Shown here: positions 19,370 to 28,219 of the stretch, piece after piece
Layout: every line of letters starts with the position of its first letter
Numbering within the stretch: the stretch's first letter is position 1
Source: Deltaproteobacteria bacterium
GTDB lineage: Bacteria; Myxococcota; Myxococcia; SLRQ01
NCBI GenBank assembly: GCA_029210625.1
Contig: JARGFU010000008.1
Location: 138,661-202,660, forward strand
DNA length: 64,000 nucleotides
Direction: 5' to 3'
Program-made: the position numbers and the translations under genes
Notes under the pieces: model-generated
Seen by the model: the letters and a program-made list of their open reading frames with translations, nothing else
Told to the model about the DNA's origin: nothing
The model's database searches: none

Positions 19370-20156
19370 AGTCCTCGTCGGTGGCCTGAAGCTCCACGTC
19401 CAGAGCCTGGGGCAGAGCCCGGGGGAGGACCGGGCCGAGCGAGCCCCGGCCCTCTTCCTCCACGGCCTGGTGATGGACAACCTCTCCTCCTGGTTCTTCA
19501 CCGTCGCCGGCAAGGCCGCCGCCGAGCGCCGGGTCGTGCTCCACGACCTGCGCGGCCACGGGCGGAGCGAGCGGCCGGCGAGCGGCTACACCCTGCCGGA
19601 GCTGACCGGCGAGATCGTCGGGGTCCTCGACGCCCTCGGCGTCGAGCAGCCGGTGCAGGTGGTGGGCAACTCCTTCGGCGGCCTGCTGGCGATCTGCCTC
19701 GCCCTCGAGCACCCGGAGCGGGTAGCCAGCCTGGCGCTGGTCGACGCCCTGCTCCCCGAGCCCGGCTGGGCCGGGAACATGCGCGCCACCCTCTCGCTGG
19801 AGGGCGACGCGGCCGACAGCCGCATCGCCTCGGACTTCAAGAGCTGGCTCGGCCGCCACAGCGCCCGCAAGCGCAACCGCCTGGCCGACGCCGCCCGGAC
19901 GCTGGTGAAGGAGACCAGCCTCCTCGACGACCTGGAGACCTCGCCGACCCACGAGGACGCGGCCTACGAGCGCATCACCGCGCCGGTCCTCGCCCTCTAC
20001 GGCGGCGCCTCCGATCAGCGCGCGGCCGGCGAGCGCCTCTGCGCCCGCCTGCCCGACGCTCGCCTGGAGATCGTCCCCGGCGCGACCCACTCGATCCTCT
20101 GGGAGGCCACCGACCTCCTCACCGAGCGCCTGCTGGCCTGGCTGGCCCTGCGCTAA
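19362..20156 (+). CDS. Alpha/beta-hydrolase fold protein, tandem paralog.
   Basis: GTG start overlaps the preceding stop by 8 nt. GNSFGG is the nucleophile motif. A His is present near the C-terminus (GATHSILWE). Confidence 0.8.
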   Translation: MAEVLVGGLKLHVQSLGQSPGEDRAERAPALFLHGLVMDNLSSWFFTVAGKAAAERRVVLHDLRGHGRSERPASGYTLPELTGEIVGVLDALGVEQPVQVVGNSFGGLLAICLALEHPERVASLALVDALLPEPGWAGNMRATLSLEGDAADSRIASDFKSWLGRHSARKRNRLADAARTLVKETSLLDDLETSPTHEDAAYERITAPVLALYGGASDQRAAGERLCARLPDARLEIVPGATHSILWEATDLLTERLLAWLALR

Positions 20157-20200
20157 ACCCCACCGAGGCCGGTGGCTCGGGGCGCCATCGGGGGGAGGCC

Positions 20201-20896
20201 TCACCGCTTCTTGAGAACCACGACCGCGCCGATCACGGCAGCGGCCGCCATGAGGAGCAGCCCGAAGATCTGGATCATGCGGGCGTTGAGCAGGAGTGAA
20301 TCCAGCAGCTGCTCACGGGTGCCGGCGTGGAAGTAGTCGACCTTCAGGGTCGCCTCGCGATCGACTCTGCCCACGAGGGTCACCCGATCTCCGTTCCTGA
20401 CTCCGAGGAAGCGGAGTGACCCGTGGGGCAAGGGAGTCCCTTCGTGGTCGGCGACCCGCTCATCCGCGTGGGGCTCCAGGAGCTCATGGGCCATGGCGCT
20501 GCGAGCCGTCGGTGGACCGGAGGCGGTCTGCACGACCCCTCCCTCGATCGCCACCCGCAGCCGCGGCCAACGCTCCTCGTCTCCCCACCATCGTCCCTCG
20601 TTCTCCCCGTCCCGGTAGCGCACCTCCCAACGCTCGGACCGGTAGGCGACGAGGTCCTCACCCTTGATGACGGGGTTGTCCAGGAGCGTGCCCGTCACCA
20701 GGACAGCCTCTCCGAGAGTCTCCTGCACGAGCTGCCCCCTGCTCACCGTGGGCACGGCCTCGAGCTCCCGGCGCTCTTGCATCTGCCGGGGGAAGACGAC
20801 GAAGGCCAGGTAGAACCCCGCGAGGAAGATCAGGCCCACGACCACCGCGGCGAAGATCAGGGCTCCCTTGTCGTCTCTCGCCTTCTCCTTGCTCAT
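20201..20896 (-). CDS. Bitopic membrane protein with N- and C-terminal TM anchors, hypothetical.
   Basis: The start is MSKEKARDDKG followed by TM IFAAVVVGLIFLAGFYLAFVV. A C-terminal TM is IQIFGLLLMAAAAVIGAVVVL. The middle is a non-repetitive soluble domain. Confidence 0.6.
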   Translation of the reverse strand: MSKEKARDDKGALIFAAVVVGLIFLAGFYLAFVVFPRQMQERRELEAVPTVSRGQLVQETLGEAVLVTGTLLDNPVIKGEDLVAYRSERWEVRYRDGENEGRWWGDEERWPRLRVAIEGGVVQTASGPPTARSAMAHELLEPHADERVADHEGTPLPHGSLRFLGVRNGDRVTLVGRVDREATLKVDYFHAGTREQLLDSLLLNARMIQIFGLLLMAAAAVIGAVVVLKKR

Positions 20897-20930
20897 CGAT
20901 CCTCCACGCCAGGTCGGGACGAGGCCTCGC

Positions 20931-21569
20931 TCAGTCGACGATCGCCACCGCCCGCACCGGCGAGCCGTCGCCCCCGCGGATCGGCAGCGGCAGGCAGGAG
21001 AAGGTGAAGGCGCCGGCCGGGACCTCGGCGAGGCGCGTGAGGTTCTCGATGATGACCATCCCCTGGCCCAGCAGGTGGCGGTGCGCGGGGAGGTCCTCGC
21101 TCGCGAGGGGATCGACCGAGAGGGTGTCGATGCCGACGCCCTTCAGGCCGCGCCGGGCGAGCCACCCGGCGGCCCGGGGCGTCAGGTGGGGAAAGGCCTC
21201 GAAGTAGCGCTCGCTGCCCCAGTGGCGGGACCAGCCGGTGTGCAGGAGGGCGAAGGCCGCCCCCTCCAGGCGCTCCGCGTGGGGCTCGAGGAGCGCGAGG
21301 TCGAGCTCGGGAGTCGAGCACCCGCCGAGGTCGAGGATCACCCCCGGGCCGAGGAAGTTCCCGGCCGGTAGCTGATCAAGAGAGGGAGCGCCCTCCAGGA
21401 CGTGGCAGGGCGCGTCGAGGTGGGTCCCGGTGTGGGTGAAGAGCTCGAGGCGCAGCTCGGCGAAGCCGTCCGCCTCGATCGTGTTGGCCCGGGTGATCAC
21501 CGGCGGCGCGGTGCCCGGGTAGACGGGGATCTCCGGGTGGATCGCGTGGGAGAGATCGATGACCTTCAT
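20931..21569 (-). CDS. Cyclase-family protein (kynurenine formamidase-like metal hydrolase).
   Basis: The start is MKVIDLSHAIHPEIPVYPG. HTGTHLDAPCH matches the HxGTHxDxPxH motif. The upstream part of the listed ORF is a low-complexity extension. Confidence 0.8.
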   Translation of the reverse strand: MKVIDLSHAIHPEIPVYPGTAPPVITRANTIEADGFAELRLELFTHTGTHLDAPCHVLEGAPSLDQLPAGNFLGPGVILDLGGCSTPELDLALLEPHAERLEGAAFALLHTGWSRHWGSERYFEAFPHLTPRAAGWLARRGLKGVGIDTLSVDPLASEDLPAHRHLLGQGMVIIENLTRLAEVPAGAFTFSCLPLPIRGGDGSPVRAVAIVD

Positions 21570-21709
21570 CGCCGGCCATTCTAGGACCGAATCCCCTCCC
21601 GGCGGTCGGGAACCCTGGCTGGACCTCGGGGTCGATACGCACCAGGAGGCCCGCGATGGCGAGACGTCAGAGGACGCGACGACCCTGGGAGCCACCCCGC
21701 AGCACGGGG

Positions 21710-22258
21710 ATGGTCCCCTTCATGAACCTCATCCTGATCCTGATCCCCGCGCTGCTGCTCTCGACCAGCTTCCTGCGGGTCTCGGTGATCGAGGCCCGCC
21801 AGACGACGCCGCCTGGCCTGCGCGACGATGACGCCCCACCGGAGGAGCAGCTCCGGGTGACCCTCCACATCGGCCAGGAGGGCTTCCTCCTGCGCTCGGG
21901 AGCGACCGAGGGCACCCTGGCGGGCCCCGACCTCCCGCTGATCGAGGGGCGGCACCCCTTCGAGCAGCTCGTCGATCACCTGCGGGCGCTCAAGGACCTG
22001 CACCCCGACGCCCGGCAGATCACCCTCAGCGCGGACCCGGACGTGAGCTACACGGTCGTGGTCCGGGCCATGGACGCGACCCGGGAGGACGGCGCGACGA
22101 CCCTCTTCCCGGATCTCGTGGTCTCGGCCTCGGGGCCGGCCGGGGCCTCCTCGAGGGCGGGGGCGGGCGCGGCGGCGGGCGGCTCGACGGCGCCAGGGGT
22201 GGCGCGAGCCTTGGTGCGCTTGCCGCCGAAGCGGCCGGTCAGCTCGATGGCCAGGTAG
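21710..22258 (+). CDS. ExbD/TolR-family biopolymer transport protein; the 3' end is uncertain.
   Basis: MVPFMNLILILIPALLL is an N-terminal TM. ITLSADPDVSYTVVVRAMDA matches the ExbD periplasmic domain. The conserved part ends near 22130, and the low-complexity tail runs to the first stop at 22258. There is no adjacent exbB or tonB. Confidence 0.65.
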   Translation: MVPFMNLILILIPALLLSTSFLRVSVIEARQTTPPGLRDDDAPPEEQLRVTLHIGQEGFLLRSGATEGTLAGPDLPLIEGRHPFEQLVDHLRALKDLHPDARQITLSADPDVSYTVVVRAMDATREDGATTLFPDLVVSASGPAGASSRAGAGAAAGGSTAPGVARALVRLPPKRPVSSMAR

Positions 22259-22818
22259 TCCCGGGAGATCTCCTGGGTGCTGCCCGCGCCGATGGTGACC
22301 AGGGCCTTGCCGAAGACCAGGTGGTAGGTGGCGGCGATGCGGAAGCCGCCGAGGTTGATGCCGAGCTGGGGCGCGATGGCGAAGGTGCGACCGGCGTCGA
22401 TGGAGGCGCCGCTGGTGCCGCCGCCCAGGCCCGCCGAGGTCATGGCGCCGAAGCCGAAGCCGACGAAGGGCCGGACCTTCGAGGTGGTGAAGAACCACTC
22501 ACCCTTGAGGTAGCCGGCGGCGTTCAGGCGCATGCCCACGCTGACGCTGTTGCCGCCGTCGTCGAAGCTGCCCATGAAGAGCACGGCAGCCTCCATGCGG
22601 AGGCCCACCGCCAGGTTGTCCATCAGGTTGACCTTCGGCTCCGCGATCGCGCCGAAGCCGTAGGCCCCGGGGTTGCCCAGGCCGAAGGCGCCGGTGACGC
22701 CCGACTCGGTGCGGAAGAGCTGGTAGTTCTCGGCCGGGATCTTGGTCGAGATGCCGGCGAAGGCCGTGGCCGGGGCGAGGATCGCGACGGCGAGAAGAGC
22801 GGTGAGCAGGCGCTGCAT
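22048..22818 (-). CDS. Outer-membrane beta-barrel protein (OmpW/OmpA-barrel-like) with a Pro/Ala-rich C-terminal tail; the 3' end is uncertain.
   Basis: The signal peptide is MQRLLTALLAVAILAPATAFA. Alternating amphipathic strands with Gly-rich turns follow, and the last strand is IELTGRF. The tail overlaps the exbD-like gene at 22048-22258. Confidence 0.6.
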   Translation of the reverse strand: MQRLLTALLAVAILAPATAFAGISTKIPAENYQLFRTESGVTGAFGLGNPGAYGFGAIAEPKVNLMDNLAVGLRMEAAVLFMGSFDDGGNSVSVGMRLNAAGYLKGEWFFTTSKVRPFVGFGFGAMTSAGLGGGTSGASIDAGRTFAIAPQLGINLGGFRIAATYHLVFGKALVTIGAGSTQEISRDYLAIELTGRFGGKRTKARATPGAVEPPAAAPAPALEEAPAGPEAETTRSGKRVVAPSSRVASMARTTTV

Positions 22819-22917
22819 GGGTCCCTCCCTCGAAGAGTGTGCGTGGCGGCCGCGGAGCCTGGGACGCGACACCCCCCCGGAGAATTCACCGGCCGTGATA
22901 GAACGCCCGGTGCCCCC

Positions 22918-24099
22918 ATGGCCCGCTTCCTCGTCATCGTCCCCCCACTCGCAGGTCACATCAACCCCACCCTCGCGGTGGGGGCCGCCCTGGAGCGCCG
23001 GGGACACGAGGTGGCCTGGGTCGGGCACCCCGGCGCGCTGGACGCCCGGCTGCCGGCCTCGGCCCGCCGCTACGAGCTGCCCGACGCGGTGCCGGCCGGG
23101 CTCCTGCGGACGATGACCGACCGCTCGAACAAGGTGCGCGGCCTGGCGAGCCTGAAGTTCCTCTGGGAGGACTTCCTGGTGCCCCTGGCCCGGGCGATGC
23201 TGCCCCAGCTGCCGGCCGTGCTCGACGACTACCGCCCGGACGTCCTCCTGGTCGATCAGCAGGCGGTGGCCGGCGCCCTCGTCGCCCGGCAGCGGGGGCT
23301 GCCCTGGGCCACCTCCTGCTCGACCTCGGCGGGGGTGACCGCGCCCCTGGCCGGGCTGCCGAAGGTGCAGGCGTGGCTCGACGAGCAGCTCGCCGCCCTG
23401 GTGGCCGAGGCGGGCCTCCCCGCGACCCCCGAGCCCGATCGCTCGCCCCACCTGGTGCTGGTCTACTCCAGCCGGGAGCTGGCCGCCCCCGACCAGAGCT
23501 TCCCGGAGCAGATCCGCTTCGTCGGACCCTCCCTGGGCCGGAAGGGTCCGCCGGTGGACTTCCCCTGGGAGGCCCTCGACCCCTCCCGCCCGAAGGTCCT
23601 CGTCAGCCTCGGCACGGTGAACGCCGAGCGGGGCGCCCGCTTCTTCGCCGCCGCCGCCGAGGCCCTCGCGGCGATGGAGGTGCAGGGCATCCTCGTTGCG
23701 CCGGAGGGGAGGGTGGGCGATCTTCCGACGAACGTGATCCGCCGCGACTTCGTCCCGCAGCTCGAGCTGCTGCCCCACCTCTCGGCGGTGATCTGCCACG
23801 GCGGCCAGAACACCGTCAGCGAGTCCCTCGCCCACGGGCTGCCCCTCCTCGTCGCTCCGATCCGCGACGACCAGCCGGTGATCGCCGAACAGGTGGTCGC
23901 CGCCGGCTGCGGCCTGCGCCTGCGCTTCTCGCGCTCGGGCGCCGCCGAGATCCGCGAGGCCCTCGAGGCGATCCTCTCCGACGAGGGCTACGCCGCGCGG
24001 GCCGCGGCGATCGGCGAGAGCCTGAAGCGCGCCGGCGGCGCCGAGGCGGCGGCCGAGGCCCTGATCGCCCTCGACGCCGGGGCGGGGACGCGCGCGTGA
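22918..24099 (+). CDS. GT1-family UDP-glycosyltransferase (MGT/CrtX-like).
   Basis: ATG at 22918. The UDPGT signature CHGGQNTVSESLAHGLPLLVAPIRDDQP is present. The N-terminal acceptor domain is MARFLVIVPPLAGHINP. Confidence 0.85.
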   Translation: MARFLVIVPPLAGHINPTLAVGAALERRGHEVAWVGHPGALDARLPASARRYELPDAVPAGLLRTMTDRSNKVRGLASLKFLWEDFLVPLARAMLPQLPAVLDDYRPDVLLVDQQAVAGALVARQRGLPWATSCSTSAGVTAPLAGLPKVQAWLDEQLAALVAEAGLPATPEPDRSPHLVLVYSSRELAAPDQSFPEQIRFVGPSLGRKGPPVDFPWEALDPSRPKVLVSLGTVNAERGARFFAAAAEALAAMEVQGILVAPEGRVGDLPTNVIRRDFVPQLELLPHLSAVICHGGQNTVSESLAHGLPLLVAPIRDDQPVIAEQVVAAGCGLRLRFSRSGAAEIREALEAILSDEGYAARAAAIGESLKRAGGAEAAAEALIALDAGAGTRA

Positions 24100-25955
24100 G
24101 CTGGGTCGCCCTGATCCTCGCCGCCCTCTGGCTCGGCGACGTCTGGCGCCTGCGCGGACGGCTGGCGAAGCTGCCTCGCCTCCCCTTCGGACCCGAGAGC
24201 GCTGGCGCCGACGAGGCGGACCTCTCGGAGTGGACCCACCTGCTGGCCCCCGGGGCCGAGCTCTCCCGCCACACCTTGCGCGCGGCCGTCGCCCTGGCCG
24301 AGGAGCAGGGCTGGGAGGCGGTGGACCTGATCCCCGGTGATCTGCCGGCCGAGGGGCTGCTAGGGCTCCTGGCGACCTATGATCCCGAGCGCTGGCGCGA
24401 GGATCCCTTCCGCCCGGTGCGCAGCGCCGGTCAGGTGCTGGTCGTTCGCCGGGCGCTCGTCGAGCGCTGCGGCCTCGAGCTCACCGAGGGCGAGCTGCCG
24501 AGCCTGGCGGCCTTCCTCGAGGCCGCCGGCGAGATCCGCCGCTGCACCACCCGGCGCGAGGCGAGCGGTCACGGCTCGGGCCTGGCCCTGGCCCCGGGGC
24601 TGCGAGCCGGTCCCCGGAGCATGGCCGAGGAGCGCACCCTCTTCGACGCCGTGGTCGGGCGGGGGGCGCCCTTCGTCCTGGGCGCCCAGGGCGGCGTGCT
24701 GGCGCTCCTGCTGCTGACCCTGGTGCTGGCGCCGGCCCCGGGGCTGATCGCCCTGCTGGTCTTCCACCTCCAGCCCCTGCTGATCACCGCCGGCCGGGGC
24801 GCGCAGCCCGCCGACACCGGCGCCCTGACCCTCCTGCGGGTCCCCCTGACCCTCTGGCGCTGGGGGCGGCTGGTGCGCGCCGGCAGCGGCGAGCAGCGCC
24901 TGGCCCTCCCCGAGGCCCGCTCGGCCTACGCCGGCCTCCTCGAGGGGGGCACCGCGAGCTTCTTCGAGCCGCGCCGCACCGCCTGCCCCCACTGCGGCGG
25001 CGAGACCCTCTACGAGCACCTCACCACCGGCGACCTCTACCAGCAGAAGCCCGGCACCTTCACCCTGGAGCGCTGCGGCGACTGCTCCCTCATCTTCCAG
25101 AACCCCCGCCTCTCCCTCGAGGGCCTCTCCTTCTACTACCGGGACTTCTACGACGGCCTGGGCGAGGCCGGGATGGAGACGATCTTCGGCGCCTCCCTGC
25201 CGGCCTACCACGCGCGGGCGCAGGCGCTGGAGGGGCTCTCGGATCCGAAGCGCTGGCTCGACGTGGGCGGGGGCCACGGCCACTTCTGCGTGATCGCGCG
25301 CGAGCACTTCCCCGGCTGCCGCTTCGAGATCCTCGACCTCGCCGACAGCGTCGAGGCCGCGAAGCGCCGGGGCTGGGTGGACGAGGGCCACCGCGGGCTC
25401 TTCCCCGAGTCCGCCGAGGGGCTGGGCCGCTACGACGTGGTGAGCATGAGCCACTACCTCGAGCACGTCCGCGATCAAGAGGCGGAGATCGAGGCCGCCG
25501 CCCGGGTGCTGCCCGTGGGCGGGCACCTGATGATCGAGATCCCGGACCCCGAGTCGAAGCTCCCGAAGCTCCTCGGCCGCCACTGGATCCCCTTCTTCCA
25601 GCCGCAGCACCAGCACTTCCTGGCGCCGCGCCACGTGGACGAGCTGCTGCAGCGCCATGGCTTCACGCCGGTGCGCTGGGCGCGGGGCAGCGCCCACATC
25701 CCGGTGGACTTCTTCATGGCCTCCTGGATCCTCGTCACCCGCCTGGCGGGTAGCCCCGGGAGGCCCTGGCTGCCGGCGCCCACGATGGCCGACTGGGTGC
25801 GCCACGACCTGGTCTGGGCCCTGGGCTTCTGGCTCCTGCCCGCGGGCTGGATCGTCGATCGCGTGGCCGAGCGGGCCTTGCGCAAGGGCGGCTGGTCGAA
25901 CGCCTTCCGCGTCGTGGCCCGGAAGGACCGCGACGATCCGGCCGCCGGCGAGTAG
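24096..25955 (+). CDS. Fusion protein: N-terminal ~330 aa multi-TM domain of unknown function, a zinc ribbon, and a class I SAM-dependent methyltransferase.
   Basis: GTG at 24096 overlaps the GT stop as GTGA. TM segments are VALILAALWLG and GVLALLLLTLVLAPAPGLIALLVF. The zinc ribbon is CPHCGG...CGDCS. The MTase motif I is LDVGGGHGHF and the post-I region is RYDVVSMSHYLEHV. Confidence 0.75.
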   Translation: MSWVALILAALWLGDVWRLRGRLAKLPRLPFGPESAGADEADLSEWTHLLAPGAELSRHTLRAAVALAEEQGWEAVDLIPGDLPAEGLLGLLATYDPERWREDPFRPVRSAGQVLVVRRALVERCGLELTEGELPSLAAFLEAAGEIRRCTTRREASGHGSGLALAPGLRAGPRSMAEERTLFDAVVGRGAPFVLGAQGGVLALLLLTLVLAPAPGLIALLVFHLQPLLITAGRGAQPADTGALTLLRVPLTLWRWGRLVRAGSGEQRLALPEARSAYAGLLEGGTASFFEPRRTACPHCGGETLYEHLTTGDLYQQKPGTFTLERCGDCSLIFQNPRLSLEGLSFYYRDFYDGLGEAGMETIFGASLPAYHARAQALEGLSDPKRWLDVGGGHGHFCVIAREHFPGCRFEILDLADSVEAAKRRGWVDEGHRGLFPESAEGLGRYDVVSMSHYLEHVRDQEAEIEAAARVLPVGGHLMIEIPDPESKLPKLLGRHWIPFFQPQHQHFLAPRHVDELLQRHGFTPVRWARGSAHIPVDFFMASWILVTRLAGSPGRPWLPAPTMADWVRHDLVWALGFWLLPAGWIVDRVAERALRKGGWSNAFRVVARKDRDDPAAGE

Positions 25956-25958
25956 GCG

Positions 25959-26939
25959 CTACTGCAGGTGGATCGCGGCGCCCTCGGAGCGCCCGGCCCA
26001 GAGCACGGCCTGGGAGCCGCCGGCCAGGAGGTTGGTGACGCTGGCCGAGCGGGTCACCCCGAGGAAGGCGTTGCCGTTCTGGGCGCCGCCGTCCCGCACC
26101 GGGGCGAGGTACTGCGCCGGCACCTCGAAGCTGCCGGTGTCGTTGGTCACGCAGACCAGCATCGTCCCGGAGATCGCCGAGAGGTAGAAGAGGTCGGCCG
26201 GGGTCAGGGTGATCACGACGAGGTCGCCGCCGCCCGGCGTCCAGGTGATGGTCATCGGGGAGGAGGCCGGCTGCTGAGCCACCGTCGCGCCGGGGGTCGG
26301 CGAGATCAGCGCCATCTCCTGCGGGGTCGTCAGGTTGATCGAGAAGGCGCCGAGGTCCGGGCCGCCCATCGCGTTGGCGGTGATCACGTTGCCCTCGTTG
26401 AAGAGGGGCCGCGGCACGGAGCCGGCCGGCTGGTACTCCACGCCGCCGCTCACGGCGACGGGGTTCAGCGTCACCGCGCTGCCCGCGAGGCCGCCGACGA
26501 CGATCTGGCCGGCGTCGAAGCCGGGCAGGGTGGTCGGCGCGTTCGGATCGTAGGCCTCGTTGCTGCAGCCGGCGGGCGGGGGAGGATCGAAGACGTCGGT
26601 GACCACCGCCTCGACGGTCGAGAGGGGCACCTGCGGGATGTCGGTGAGGGTGATGATCGCCCGCATCGGGGTCCCGGTGCCGCCGTCGTCACCCCCGTCG
26701 GGGAGGCTCCCGTCGGGGATCCCGCCGTCGTCGCCGCCGTCGGGGTTTCCGCCTGCGTCGGAACTGCCGCCGTCCTCGCCGCCGTCGGGCCAGCCCCCGC
26801 CATCGTCGCCGCCGTCGACGCCCGCGTCCCGTCCTCCGTCCCGGTTCGGCGTGTCGAAGTCCGGCTCGTTGCGGCCGCCGCAGGCGGCCAGGAGAAGCAC
26901 GAGGGAAGCGGCGAGGGAGCAGGTGACGAGGTGCCTCAT
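25959..26939 (-). CDS. Lipoprotein with an Asp/Gly-rich DGG-repeat linker (hypothetical, Myxococcales-type).
   Basis: MRHLVTCSLAASLVLLLAACGG has a lipobox. The repeat region is DGGRDAGVDGGDDGGGWPDGGEDGG... A non-repetitive C-terminal domain follows. Confidence 0.65.
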   Translation of the reverse strand: MRHLVTCSLAASLVLLLAACGGRNEPDFDTPNRDGGRDAGVDGGDDGGGWPDGGEDGGSSDAGGNPDGGDDGGIPDGSLPDGGDDGGTGTPMRAIITLTDIPQVPLSTVEAVVTDVFDPPPPAGCSNEAYDPNAPTTLPGFDAGQIVVGGLAGSAVTLNPVAVSGGVEYQPAGSVPRPLFNEGNVITANAMGGPDLGAFSINLTTPQEMALISPTPGATVAQQPASSPMTITWTPGGGDLVVITLTPADLFYLSAISGTMLVCVTNDTGSFEVPAQYLAPVRDGGAQNGNAFLGVTRSASVTNLLAGGSQAVLWAGRSEGAAIHLQ

Positions 26940-27003
26940 GATCCTCCGGAGGATACCCGAATCGGGCCGACTTTGGGTGGGGGGCGGGTTAGAGTGTTCG
27001 CCC

Positions 27004-28203
27004 GTGGCGAATCTCGGCTACATCCAGGTGGTGAGGCACTGCAACCACGTCTGTGGCTTCTGCAGCAACCCGGTCACGCCCTACGTCCACACCTTCGACT
27101 CGATGAAGGTGCTGGTCGACGACTTCGTCGAGCGGGGCTACTACGGCGTCATCCTCACCGGCGGCGAGCCGACCCTCCACCCCGAGCTGCCGGCCATCTG
27201 CCGCTACGCCCGCGACCAGGGCCTGCACGTGCGGATGATCACCAACGGCTCGCGCCTCTCCGAGGAGGGCTTCGCCCGGGACATGGCCGAGGCCGGCCTG
27301 CAGCTGGCGCACATCTCGGTCTACTCGGTGCGCCCGGAGATCGAGGCGCAGCTGCGCGGCACCGAGGACACCCTCCCGGCGGCGCTGAGGTCGATCGAGA
27401 ACGCCCACAAGTTCGGCATCGACGTGAACCTCAACTGCGTCATCAACAAGCTCAACGCCGACCACCTCGACGAGAACATCCGCTACTTCATCGAGCACCA
27501 CCCCTACGTCCGGCACTTCGTCTGGAACAACCTCGACCCCTCCATGGGCCGGGCCGAGGCGAACCAGGCCCACTACCTCCACCGCCTGGTCGACTTCGAG
27601 GTCTCCCTCACCCGGGCCTGCTCCCTCCTGCAGAAGTCCGGCCGCACCTTCCGGGTGGAGAAGGTCCCCTTGTGCTTCATGACCGACTTCGCCTGGGCGA
27701 GCACCGAGACGCGGAAGATCGTGAAGGGCGAGGAGCGCATCGTGCACTTCCTCGACGCCAAGCAGACGGTGCGGCAGACCGAGTGGGGCCACCTCTACGC
27801 CGACGCCTGCGAGCCCTGCTCGCTCAAGACCATCTGCGCCGGCCTCTTCGACCGGGGCGAGGGCTACGATCCGGCCGAGTTGAACCCGGTCTTCGTCGAC
27901 CGCGACGCCATCGCCCGCCGGATCCTCTTCGACGGCCAGGATCCGGCCTTCGAGTTCCCGACCTTCGAGGCCTGGCGGATCGACTTCGACCGCCGCCTGA
28001 AGGCGCAGCGGGAGGAGGCCGAGGCGCGCGGCCCCCGCGATCGGGACCGCCCGCCGCAGGATCACAGCCTGAAGGTGGGCGAGGTCACCGAGAAGGGCCG
28101 CCGCCTCTTCGAGTCCAAGCGCGCCTCCGAGGAGCGCAAGGCCGCCGAGCGCGGCCTCTCCCTCGAGGGGCGCGAGGAGAGCGACGGCCCGGCCGAGGGC
28201 TGA
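27004..28203 (+). CDS. Radical SAM protein with a C-terminal SPASM/twitch-like Cys motif and a charged disordered tail.
   Basis: CNHVCGFC matches CxxxCxxC. The Gly-rich SAM motif is VILTGGEP. The C-terminal Cys cluster is CEPCSLKTIC. The start is uncertain among GTG 27004, GTG 26977 and ATG 26938. The ATG at 26938 would overlap the divergent lipoprotein start. Confidence 0.75.
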   Translation: MANLGYIQVVRHCNHVCGFCSNPVTPYVHTFDSMKVLVDDFVERGYYGVILTGGEPTLHPELPAICRYARDQGLHVRMITNGSRLSEEGFARDMAEAGLQLAHISVYSVRPEIEAQLRGTEDTLPAALRSIENAHKFGIDVNLNCVINKLNADHLDENIRYFIEHHPYVRHFVWNNLDPSMGRAEANQAHYLHRLVDFEVSLTRACSLLQKSGRTFRVEKVPLCFMTDFAWASTETRKIVKGEERIVHFLDAKQTVRQTEWGHLYADACEPCSLKTICAGLFDRGEGYDPAELNPVFVDRDAIARRILFDGQDPAFEFPTFEAWRIDFDRRLKAQREEAEARGPRDRDRPPQDHSLKVGEVTEKGRRLFESKRASEERKAAERGLSLEGREESDGPAEG

Positions 28204-28219
28204 GCCGCCGCCCGGAGGA

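Noticed and set aside
22321-22917. N-terminal 199 aa of the listed 592-aa glycosyltransferase ORF.
   Set aside because: This part is antisense to the OMP gene and low complexity. The GT fold and a proper ATG begin at 22918.
23373-24095. Upstream part of the 860-aa ORF containing the methyltransferase fusion.
   Set aside because: It lies in an alternative frame across the well-supported GT1 gene. The real start is the GTG at 24096, which overlaps the GT stop.
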